Assembly (NCBI GenBank): GCA_020051075.1
Contig: JAGVJP010000062.1
Coordinates: 55,021 to 75,020, forward strand
Length of the DNA stretch: 20,000 nt
Direction: 5' to 3'
Source of the DNA: Parachlamydiales bacterium
GTDB taxonomy: Bacteria; Chlamydiota; Chlamydiia; Chlamydiales; Parachlamydiaceae
Part shown: piece by piece, positions 8,381-16,342 of the stretch
How the letters are laid out: each line of letters starts with the position of its first letter
Numbering within the stretch: position 1 is the first letter of the stretch
The notes under the pieces: generated by a model
Databases searched by the model: none
The model's input: the letters and a program-made list of their open reading frames with translations, nothing else
Told to the model about the DNA's origin: nothing
Position numbers and translations under genes: made by a program

Positions 8381-8950
8381 ATGGCTATTCCAGGTATTAT
8401 TGGTCAAGGTGTGTCAACGCAAGCGACGAGTGGGTTTTTACAGAGTACGGCAGGATTGAGAGGCCGTGTGATCAACGTCTTTCAAAACAAGTATCTCGCA
8501 GTGGCAACGTTGTGTGTTACGATGTTTGTTCTTATCCGCGTGATGGAAAAAGTTAGTTCCAGAATAGTTGAATCTAAACTCGTAATGAATTTCAGTGCGA
8601 AGATCTTTGAGACGAGGTCAGATGAATATGAATCATGTAGATTTGCCATCTCATGGATGGCCACCAGTATGATCATTACTGTTGGAATGCTCGGTGTTTC
8701 AAAGATCCTTCAGCTTCCTATCTCACGTGAAACAACATTAGCAATGACAGGTTGGATTTTATTTAGTTATGTGGTTTACACCAATTATATACTTAGGGAA
8801 AATGAGGATGACAGAGTAGAAGGAGTTGTAGCGTCGCCTCTCCTTTCTGCTAGTTTCAATGATGAGGAAGACAGAGCAGAAGGAGTTATAGCGTTACCTC
8901 ACCGCTTTGTAGTTGAAGGGTCACCTCACCTCACTTTCAGCTTCGACTGA
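8381..8950 (+). CDS. Inc-like 3-TM membrane protein, paralog 2 (189 aa; probably truncated from ~220 aa)
   Basis: Clearly homologous to 7104-7769 (TAGLRGR..VFQN, LQLP.SRETTLA..GW). Tail has a 20-aa duplication. The frame stays open beyond the TGA to TAA 9041-9043. Confidence 0.75.
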   Translation: MAIPGIIGQGVSTQATSGFLQSTAGLRGRVINVFQNKYLAVATLCVTMFVLIRVMEKVSSRIVESKLVMNFSAKIFETRSDEYESCRFAISWMATSMIITVGMLGVSKILQLPISRETTLAMTGWILFSYVVYTNYILRENEDDRVEGVVASPLLSASFNDEEDRAEGVIALPHRFVVEGSPHLTFSFD

Positions 8951-9087
8951 GAGCCTCCTCAAGGAATCGACGCTGGACGGGGTCTGATATCACAATACTT
9001 CGAACCTGTTCCTTTGGATTCTTCCGACTCCGGGCTTGATTAAGCTCAGCACCCATTGGATGAAGAAGAACAACGCCCTTCCGCACT

Positions 9088-9269
9088 CCTGAGTAACACA
9101 CTATCTTGGCCCTATCTTTCCTATCCTGCCCATCCTGTCAATTTTACAGGATGGGAAGGATGGTTGGAAATGACTTTAGGCTGTGTTACTTTTTGATATG
9201 AGAGACGACGTCGCTTGGGGCTCCAAACGCTTCGAGGTAGCAATTTTTGTGCTTCGCGAAGCGCTTGGA
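9088..9269. repeat. Chimeric family B/C repeat without TIRs
   Basis: CCTGAGTAACACACTATC...CATCCTGTCAATTTTACAGGATGGGAAGGAT...GAGAGACGACGTCGCTTGGGG (B internal part) joins, at the shared CTCCAAA, the family C inner hairpin ACGCTTCG...GCAATTTTTGTGC...GCGCTTGGA (9221-9269). Confidence 0.85.
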
Positions 9270-9401
9270 AATAGTTTAACTATATATATAATTCGATCAA
9301 ATGTAACTTCAATAATTTGTTGGATGATTGAGTTGATCATTAAACAAAGATAGAATATATTTTAGAGTTATTTTTTGTTAATCCAATTTTTAGATTTCCT
9401 C

Positions 9402-9430
9402 TTGACGTTAAAAAAAAATCCTGATAGAAT
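9402..9430 (+). promoter_or_regulatory. Putative sigma66 promoter, Inc-like paralog 3
   Basis: TTGACG(9402-9407)-17 bp-TAGAAT(9425-9430) with an extended TG. GGAGG RBS before ATG 9461. Confidence 0.7.
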
Positions 9431-9460
9431 TGTCCTGCAATTTAAATAAATGGAGGTTTT

Positions 9461-9925
9461 ATGTCTGTCTCAAATATTATTAATCAAAGTGTGTTAAGTA
9501 ATGTTTTTATAAGTACATGGAGCGGGCGATTGAATAGCTTGTTCCAAAACAAGTATCTAGCAGCGGCAACGCTTTGTGTGACGGCTTTTGCATTATTGCG
9601 GTTATCAGAAAGAGTTTCTTATCACGTTCAGAAATCAAACTTGACTCGTGAAGCCATTAACCCGATGTGTAACCAGGGATCAGGTAAACACTGGGCATGT
9701 AGATCTGCCTTAGCGGAGATATCTTCCAGTATCGTCATGGTCGTTGGAACGTTTGGCATCTCAAGACTTCTTCAGTTACCATTTTCTCGTGGGACAACAG
9801 TAGCAGTCGTTGGCTGGACTTTAGTCGGAAGCTATATCTGGCAGAATGCTCTTACGCAAGTGGCGAAGCACAATGCTCTTGGTTCAGATGATTCTGAGTC
9901 AATCTTCCAGGTCCAACGAGCATGA
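9461..9925 (+). CDS. Inc-like 3-TM membrane protein, paralog 3 (154 aa)
   Basis: GRLNSLFQNKYLAAATLCV and LLQLPFSRGTT.AV.GWTL are shared with paralogs 1 and 2. Short tail. Confidence 0.75.
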   Translation: MSVSNIINQSVLSNVFISTWSGRLNSLFQNKYLAAATLCVTAFALLRLSERVSYHVQKSNLTREAINPMCNQGSGKHWACRSALAEISSSIVMVVGTFGISRLLQLPFSRGTTVAVVGWTLVGSYIWQNALTQVAKHNALGSDDSESIFQVQRA

Positions 9926-9961
9926 TTTAACGAACCATCAAGCCTATTCCACAGATTGGTT

Positions 9962-10054
9962 TATCCTCTGGCCTCCTTCAAAGTTCATTTCTAGATCGCG
10001 CCAAAGCCCCGGGTTTGAGCGATCTAGAAATAACCTTTAGCAGGCCAGAGGATA
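9962..10054. terminator. Long imperfect hairpin between convergent genes (bidirectional terminator or another palindromic element)
   Basis: TATCCTCTGGCCT/AGGCCAGAGGATA (9962-9974/10042-10054) and ATTTCTAGATCGC/GCGATCTAGAAAT (9987-9999/10019-10031). No clear U-tract. Confidence 0.6.
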
Positions 10055-10069
10055 CAGGAATGACTTTCC

Positions 10070-11515
10070 TTAGGTCCGTTGTTGACTTTTTAGGTCGAGA
10101 TCTTTCGTCAACCGGGAGACCAAGACGATGGAGAGGTAGCTGAGGATAAAGCCTGGAATCATTGGGAGGATCTGCATTTCAAACAAGAGAGGGTTTAACG
10201 TTGGCCATACCATGACGACGAGGGTGCCGACGACGATTCCTGCCATCGCGCCATAGCGGTTAATTTTATCCGAATAGAGGGTCATGAGGACAAGCGGTCC
10301 GAAGGAGCTCCCAAGCCCAGACCAGGAGTAAAGGACGGTATCCAGGATGGTTTTATTCTGGTTGAATGCCATGAGCAGAGCAATCAAAGAGATGAAGACC
10401 ACGCTGAATTTCGTACAGAAGAGAATTTTTCTGTCAGAAGGTTTCCCATTGCAAAATGGGATGTAGAGGTCTTCGCTGATCGTCGACCCGCATACAAGGA
10501 TTTGTGAGTCCATGGTGGAGAGGTTAGCGGCGATGATGCTGCACAAGATGATGCCGCCGAAGAAAGGATGAAAGAGGGATTTTACCATTTCGATGAAGAC
10601 CATTTCTCCTTTTTCCAGCCCTTGAGGGAAGAATCCGATAGCGACCAATCCGACAAAAGTGGCAGCGCCTAAAGCAATCAGCTGCCACGACATCCCGATC
10701 CATTTGGATTTAGTGAGTTCTTTGACATCTTTGATCCCCATAAATTTTGTGATGATATGGGGCATGCCGAAGTAGCCGAGTCCCCATCCAAGAGCTAATG
10801 AGAAGATAGAAAACAGCTCTTTACCGCCAGCTTGGGGAATCAGTGAAAGCGACGTTTCCATCTGCTTAGCATTCGTAATGATTGTGTTCCATCCCTCGAT
10901 TTTAGAGAAGGCGGTGAAGGGGACTAAGATCAACATGATCAACAAGAAAATCCCTTGAAAGAGATCGATCCAGGCGACGGTGGTGAATCCTCCGACGAAG
11001 GTATAGGAGACCACAACGGAAATAGCGATCGCTAAGCCGATGTAATAGTCGATGCCGAATAGCGATTCTAGGAGATATCCCATGGCGATAAGGCCAGCGG
11101 AGAGATAGTGTGTGAGGAAGATGACGATGACCAGTGAGCTGATGATACGGATGAGTCCGGAGGTATCGTTCAGTCGTTTTTCAAAAAAAGATGAAAGTGT
11201 GAAGCAGTGATATTTCTCTGTCATCGAGCGGAGGCGTGGGGCGACGAAGTGCCAGTTGAGGAACATGCCTGTGAGCAGTCCGAGGGCAATCCACACTTGT
11301 GACAAGCCAAGGGCGAAGATACTCATCGGGAAAGCCATGAAAAGCCAGGCGCTCATGTCGCTGGCGTGTGCCGATAGGGCGACAAGCCAGAAATTTAGAG
11401 AGCGGTTCCCCATGATATAGTCGGATGAGGTGGTTTGCTTTTTATGGAAAACGAATCCGATGATGAGGATAACGGAGAAATAGAGAAAAAAGGCAGATAG
11501 GACGTAAATCGACAT
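10070..11515 (-). CDS. putP: Sodium/proline symporter (SSS family)
   Basis: DYIMGNRSL, ALSAHASDMSAWLFMAFP, SYTFVGGF..VAWIDLFQG, GLGYFGMPHI..KFM, AANLSTMDSQ and W.GLGSSFGP, with about 13 hydrophobic segments. Confidence 0.9.
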   Translation of the reverse strand: MSIYVLSAFFLYFSVILIIGFVFHKKQTTSSDYIMGNRSLNFWLVALSAHASDMSAWLFMAFPMSIFALGLSQVWIALGLLTGMFLNWHFVAPRLRSMTEKYHCFTLSSFFEKRLNDTSGLIRIISSLVIVIFLTHYLSAGLIAMGYLLESLFGIDYYIGLAIAISVVVSYTFVGGFTTVAWIDLFQGIFLLIMLILVPFTAFSKIEGWNTIITNAKQMETSLSLIPQAGGKELFSIFSLALGWGLGYFGMPHIITKFMGIKDVKELTKSKWIGMSWQLIALGAATFVGLVAIGFFPQGLEKGEMVFIEMVKSLFHPFFGGIILCSIIAANLSTMDSQILVCGSTISEDLYIPFCNGKPSDRKILFCTKFSVVFISLIALLMAFNQNKTILDTVLYSWSGLGSSFGPLVLMTLYSDKINRYGAMAGIVVGTLVVMVWPTLNPLLFEMQILPMIPGFILSYLSIVLVSRLTKDLDLKSQQRT

Positions 11516-11518
11516 GGT

Positions 11519-13060
11519 TTAAACTCGTTCAGGTAGATTCATCTGCAATCCAACAATATGAATATTTTGTTTGAAAAGCTGTTTCTTATTTAAAAATTTC
11601 AATTCGTTTGCAATCATCACTTGGATAATTTCTAAGCCGTCGTTAGCAAAATGGCGCAATATTCTCCCCAGCCAGACTTGGATCTTCTCTGCAGATCCAA
11701 ACACATCCAAGAGGCTGCTATTCCCTAAAAAGATCATATCATTGTGATGCAGCTCCACCTTTTGTTGAGTGGTTGGAACAAATTGATGCTCTTGAAAAGA
11801 CCAGACGAAAGGGGGCGGCAACGTGGCATAGCGGAACGTCATCGATCGGTAGTCTTGTGAAAAAAAGGTTTCAATAAAATGGCTGTCATGATCTTCATCG
11901 ATTGGCAATCCTGTTCTTTGGTTGAGCGTAAACAATCCTATAAATCCGGTCTCTTTTGCCTCCAAGAAAGTCAAGATGAGTGGGTGTTCGTCATCTGACT
12001 TGCATGTCAGGAGCACTCCTTCTTTAACGAGATTTTCGGGAAAAGAGGTGATCAACAGCCGGACATTTGGATTATTAAAGTCTTCGATGTTTTTTTGCAA
12101 CATGTAGTGTTGGAGGAGCAAGGTACATTCATATTCTCCATGCATCCGTTCTCGCACTAAAGAGCTATTTTTCAGACGGATGATGTGTTCATTGAGGCAC
12201 TCGCTCATCGTATTGAGGGTGTTAGCCAATTCGGTGATTTCTTTAGGGCCTTCGGGGGGGATATTTGCTTCGTAGTCTCCTGCTGCAATGGCGAGGGCGG
12301 CTTGATTGAGCCTTCTCATTGGGCGGCTGATGTTCTCAGCGATGAGAAATATGGTGATGGCAATGAATCCGAGGGTGGTGAGGGCTCCGATGATGATTAA
12401 GAGGAGGGCACGATTGAGTTTCTTTTCAATTTCGCTGATGCCGACGTCGGCTCCTAAGAGGGCGACCACGTCTCCTTGTTTATTGAGGATTGGAGCATAA
12501 GCGGAGATGAGCCGTTCGTGTGTTTTTCTCGTTTCATAGATAGGAGTGACATAGGGCTCTTTGGTGAGGTAAACTTGCCTTTCATCGTTTTCGCTGAAGT
12601 CATATTCTCCAGGCTTGGCTCCTTGTTCCCGATTGTTTTTGGGGATGTCGAGGAGCATGATCTCCCGATAGGCATCTTCTGGCCGGCTGCCCAGATAACG
12701 GGTATTTTCTGGGTGGTTGGGAGAATCGAGTAAAATCATCTCGCCTTCTTTAACGGGCAGGACTTGGATGATGAAGATATTGGTGATAGGCAGCTTCTGC
12801 TGCAGAGATAGCAGGCGCTGTCTATTTTCGAGGTATATCGGCTGATGAGGAGTTTGGGGGTCATGAATATGTTGTGCGATCGCTTCGATATCGGCTCCAT
12901 TGATCGACTGTGCTCCGGTGACGACAATAGATTTAAGGTTGGAACTGAAGCTGTTGATGATCTCTTTCGACCAATTGAAATAGAAAAACAAGCAGATCAG
13001 CAAAAGAAAAGTGATTAAAGAGGGAAAGAGGAGTAGAAGTAAACGGCTGCGTATGGTCAT
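11519..13060 (-). CDS. Membrane sensor: TM-periplasmic (Cache-like)-TM-HAMP plus degenerate SpoIIE/RsbU-like C-terminal domain
   Basis: Two TMs flank a ~190-aa loop ending in SAYAPI...G.VVALLGADV. HAMP is ISRPMRRL..AA.AIAAGDY...GPKEITELA.TLNTM. An RsbU-type linker ERMHGEYECTLLLQHYML follows. The canonical phosphatase Asp motifs are not visible. Confidence 0.72.
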   Translation of the reverse strand: MTIRSRLLLLLFPSLITFLLLICLFFYFNWSKEIINSFSSNLKSIVVTGAQSINGADIEAIAQHIHDPQTPHQPIYLENRQRLLSLQQKLPITNIFIIQVLPVKEGEMILLDSPNHPENTRYLGSRPEDAYREIMLLDIPKNNREQGAKPGEYDFSENDERQVYLTKEPYVTPIYETRKTHERLISAYAPILNKQGDVVALLGADVGISEIEKKLNRALLLIIIGALTTLGFIAITIFLIAENISRPMRRLNQAALAIAAGDYEANIPPEGPKEITELANTLNTMSECLNEHIIRLKNSSLVRERMHGEYECTLLLQHYMLQKNIEDFNNPNVRLLITSFPENLVKEGVLLTCKSDDEHPLILTFLEAKETGFIGLFTLNQRTGLPIDEDHDSHFIETFFSQDYRSMTFRYATLPPPFVWSFQEHQFVPTTQQKVELHHNDMIFLGNSSLLDVFGSAEKIQVWLGRILRHFANDGLEIIQVMIANELKFLNKKQLFKQNIHIVGLQMNLPERV

Positions 13061-13500
13061 GAGCGCTTTTCACATCCTTTAAAAAATCTGTTTGGGAAAG
13101 AGAGGGCATAGACGTGTAGAAACCCTAGAGCAACAGAGGGGCATTCTGAGATGATGGAATATAGATTCGTCTTAGATAAAGTGAGAACCTCGGTCTTGAC
13201 CGGGGTGTACGCAGTGTAGCAGCGGGGTTGGTGGTTGAAGAGAGATTCCTCCCCGAAGAAGTCCCCATGTTCTAACTTGGTGAGGGCAACGCCTTCAGGA
13301 GTGAGGATTTCTACTGTCCCTTTGACAATGAAGTAGAGCCGATTAGCCTCTTCATTGGAAAGGAAAATATAGTCGTTATCTTGAAAGGCAATCAAGGACA
13401 TCCGGTCTGAGATGCTTAAGAGCAAGTCAAGGTTTAAAGAGGCGAATAAAGGGGTCCTCTTAAGCAGTAATGCTTTATCGATTAATGTTAACGTTGTCAT
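13057..13500 (-). CDS. Stand-alone cyclic-nucleotide-binding domain protein (CT235-like)
   Basis: LYFIVKGTVEI and phosphate-binding cassette GDFFGEESLF..QPRCYTA. No HTH domain. 4-bp overlaps with both neighbours. Confidence 0.9.
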   Translation of the reverse strand: MTTLTLIDKALLLKRTPLFASLNLDLLLSISDRMSLIAFQDNDYIFLSNEEANRLYFIVKGTVEILTPEGVALTKLEHGDFFGEESLFNHQPRCYTAYTPVKTEVLTLSKTNLYSIISECPSVALGFLHVYALSFPNRFFKGCEKRS

Positions 13501-16310
13501 GTTTCAAGAAGCTCATATGCAAAATGGTGGAAAATTTCATCCTGCCGCGACATCTGCTGGCGGAGAGTCTCACGCCAATTTGGCAAATCCAAATGATACT
13601 TCATCGTCGCGGATAAGATCTGATCAACTTGTGCAGAAGATTGACTCATTCTATCTAAGAGTTCAGTTAAGCTCAATGCCTGGTTTCCTAATTTGACGTA
13701 GGCGCGAAGTTTTTCTGCATAGGGGATGTCATCGACAAGAGGTTGAAGCAGCCGGAAGATGGCGGGTTCGCATGTCTTCTCGAGGGTTTCAACGACTTGG
13801 CTCCGAACCTTCGGATTGGTGCTTCGCAGAGCTTGAGAGAGGATTTCGACATCTTCGACTTCGCCGGCAATGCCGAGGAGCTGAATGATGAAGTCGATGA
13901 CAGATTGATATCCGGTGATGAGGACATCCTCTAGGATGCTTAGGTCTATTTCAGGGTTTTGCGATTGTATAGTTCCATGATGATAAAAATAGAAGTAGGC
14001 CCGCTCAATTTCGACTTGAATGATGTCAGATAAATTGGCATGGAGCTGAGGAAGTGCAAGGCGTCCCAAAATACGTCCAGCAAGAAGCCTGGAAGGATCA
14101 GGTATCTTGGTGTTCCTTGTGATCGAGAGGAGCGACGGCACTGTCCGCAGCCCCATGTGGTAGATGATTTCTTCAACTAAACGCCTCTCATTTGGTCTGA
14201 AATGGATTGTAGCATGGATGATGCCGTCGACAAGGCTTGAATCGTTGATCCCTCTAAGGGCTTTAAGGCAGGCGATGCGGACGTCGTTGTCATTGATCTG
14301 GCTGAGGAGGGCGATTAACGTGGGGGCATGCTGGATTGCATCGATGGTGTCAATGGCGGCGAGCGAGCGAGCAGCTCGTTGAGAGACTGCAAGGGAGGGG
14401 TGCGTGAGAAAAGAGATCAAGAGATCGACCTCATGCGCTGTTCCCACGATGCCGAGGATTTCCAAAGCCATGGACAGCTCATCTTCATCAGGCGATTGAA
14501 TCATCTGCTCTAAATGTTGCGTTGCAATCGTCTGGTTGTAAGCTGTGATTGCCGGGGGTAGGAAGGCATACGATTTCTTCAGCGAGAGAATCGCTGCCCC
14601 TCTAAGGCGGATATCGGTGCTGTTGAGGTCGTTGAAAACTTTATCGGGGTGCAGTAGCCCCTGTTCTGCCAGGTAGAAGTGGACAGTGCTTTTTAGTTTG
14701 GGATCGGGGTCTTGTTGAATCCACTCTTGCAACGTATCTAAGACGAGAGGATGTTTTGAAAAGGGGCTACGAATCAACAGTTCTGTTAATTTAACTTTTG
14801 CCGATGGGTAGAATTGTGTCGAACACTTGAGGATTTTCTTGAGCAGTCCGTCATCTTCAAAAGCCAAGAGGCATTCGCAAGCAAATAGCTGAGCTTGTGT
14901 GTCGCCCATTTTAAGGATTGTTAACAGTCTGGTGATAGCTATCCGCTGTTGTTTGTCGGAGATTTTATTTAGCCACTCCTTGATTGAACGTTGAAAGCGG
15001 ATGGCATTCTGAGAAAGGTTGAAAAATATTGCTTTGAGGTAATTGCTCCGCAGTCCAAGTGCGACAATGAGGAGGCAGCAGGCGAGGATGAAGCCGAGGA
15101 GTTTGCTATAATCCTGAAAGAACGTCAGCAAAAGGGCGCTGAGCAACATCCCCACAGGTTCAAAGAATGATTCGATGGCGACCCGTATTTTATACTTAAC
15201 TTTCGATGGGACGGCATTGAGGAGTAAATTGAAGTTATTATCGTCAATAACATAGAGGGTTCCTTCAACAACAAAATAGCCTATAAGAGGAAAGAGGAGG
15301 CTCGGACTGAACGACCAACCGGTGAAAGAGATGATGAGAAGGATTGGAGTGATTACAAGCATGATGTTGATCCCGAAGCGCCGCACTAACCTGCTGTAGA
15401 TGAGAAGTCCGAAGAAGAGATTGCAGACGCTGACGACGCTGAGCCACTGTCCTAAGAAAAGAGTCAACTGGGCTTCTGTTCCGCCTCCAAGGTTGCTGTC
15501 ATCTTGAGCGGCAAAGTGGCTTTGGAATGTGAACATGTAGTTGTATTCGGTGATGACGAGCAGCAGGTAATTCAATAGGTTGCACGTCATCAGGAGGAGT
15601 GTAAATCGTGAAGAAAGAATGGTTTTGAGAAGAAATTTAAAGGAGCTCCCTTCTTCGTAAATTTGTCCTTCATGCTCGACATCTTCATGCGTGACGATAG
15701 ATAACTTCGATTGGATGAGCCGTACAAAAGCTGCGGTGACGATAAAGAGAAGGATGATGAGGAAAACCAGGTGGTGCAGGTCCAGAAGTCCGGAATTCAT
15801 GACAAAGCCAGTGCTGGCCGATCCAAGGAATATCGTTGAGCTGAATAGGCTATAAAGTCGTTTTGAGTCTTGGAGATGGTGGTACTGGTCGATGAAGGTC
15901 CAGTAGCAGGTCAGCAGGACGGTAAAGAAAAAAAATCCCGACATTTTCAGTCCATACCAAAACCAATGCGAATCTAAGGCAACTTCGAAATAGACGAGTC
16001 CGAAGACGATGACATAAAGTCCTATCCCAATCAGAAGGGTTTTGAGGTAGATCTGATAGGATGAGAAGTGGTGGAATGCATAGAGAAGCAAAACGGCGAT
16101 GGAGAACATCCCGCAGGCGATCAGAATGTAGGCTTGGGGGAGTGACTGAGCGCCGACGTGCAAGATGAAAAGGGCATCGGCGAATTTTAGTGCAGAGGTT
16201 GAGGCAAAAGCCCAGATGAAACCGAGGAACGCAAAAAGGAACGCATTTTTTTCTTCACCTGGATAGATGTTCAAAAGGCGATGTAAGAATCCTTTTCTTG
16301 GTGTTTCCAT
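13497..16310 (-). CDS. NTT/TLC-like MFS transporter domain fused to HEAT repeats (CT234-like)
   Basis: The first ~420 aa carry about 12 hydrophobic segments with LLNIYPGE, DALFI..VGA..LP.AY and W.F....KRLY. The C-terminus is helical and HEAT-like (VRIACLKAL, KVRSQVVETLE). Confidence 0.82.
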   Translation of the reverse strand: METPRKGFLHRLLNIYPGEEKNAFLFAFLGFIWAFASTSALKFADALFILHVGAQSLPQAYILIACGMFSIAVLLLYAFHHFSSYQIYLKTLLIGIGLYVIVFGLVYFEVALDSHWFWYGLKMSGFFFFTVLLTCYWTFIDQYHHLQDSKRLYSLFSSTIFLGSASTGFVMNSGLLDLHHLVFLIILLFIVTAAFVRLIQSKLSIVTHEDVEHEGQIYEEGSSFKFLLKTILSSRFTLLLMTCNLLNYLLLVITEYNYMFTFQSHFAAQDDSNLGGGTEAQLTLFLGQWLSVVSVCNLFFGLLIYSRLVRRFGINIMLVITPILLIISFTGWSFSPSLLFPLIGYFVVEGTLYVIDDNNFNLLLNAVPSKVKYKIRVAIESFFEPVGMLLSALLLTFFQDYSKLLGFILACCLLIVALGLRSNYLKAIFFNLSQNAIRFQRSIKEWLNKISDKQQRIAITRLLTILKMGDTQAQLFACECLLAFEDDGLLKKILKCSTQFYPSAKVKLTELLIRSPFSKHPLVLDTLQEWIQQDPDPKLKSTVHFYLAEQGLLHPDKVFNDLNSTDIRLRGAAILSLKKSYAFLPPAITAYNQTIATQHLEQMIQSPDEDELSMALEILGIVGTAHEVDLLISFLTHPSLAVSQRAARSLAAIDTIDAIQHAPTLIALLSQINDNDVRIACLKALRGINDSSLVDGIIHATIHFRPNERRLVEEIIYHMGLRTVPSLLSITRNTKIPDPSRLLAGRILGRLALPQLHANLSDIIQVEIERAYFYFYHHGTIQSQNPEIDLSILEDVLITGYQSVIDFIIQLLGIAGEVEDVEILSQALRSTNPKVRSQVVETLEKTCEPAIFRLLQPLVDDIPYAEKLRAYVKLGNQALSLTELLDRMSQSSAQVDQILSATMKYHLDLPNWRETLRQQMSRQDEIFHHFAYELLET

Positions 16311-16342
16311 TTATTGATTATCGTTCCTAATAAAATGAAATC

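Noticed and set aside
8948..8950. Selenocysteine or genetic-code reassignment of TGA
   Set aside because: The aligned residue is Arg, no SECIS-like hairpin is evident, and TGA acts as a normal stop at the operon overlaps.
6762..9269. Integron cassette array (genes separated by palindromes)
   Set aside because: No consistent RYYYAAC/GTTRRRY attC ends, no integrase, and each gene has its own promoter.
13057..13500. CRP/FNR transcription factor
   Set aside because: Only 147 aa, with no C-terminal HTH domain.
11922..15447. Numerous short ORFs antisense to or overlapping the operon (also those within the PP2C, YkgJ and Fic genes)
   Set aside because: They are shadow frames of well-supported genes and have no recognisable motifs.
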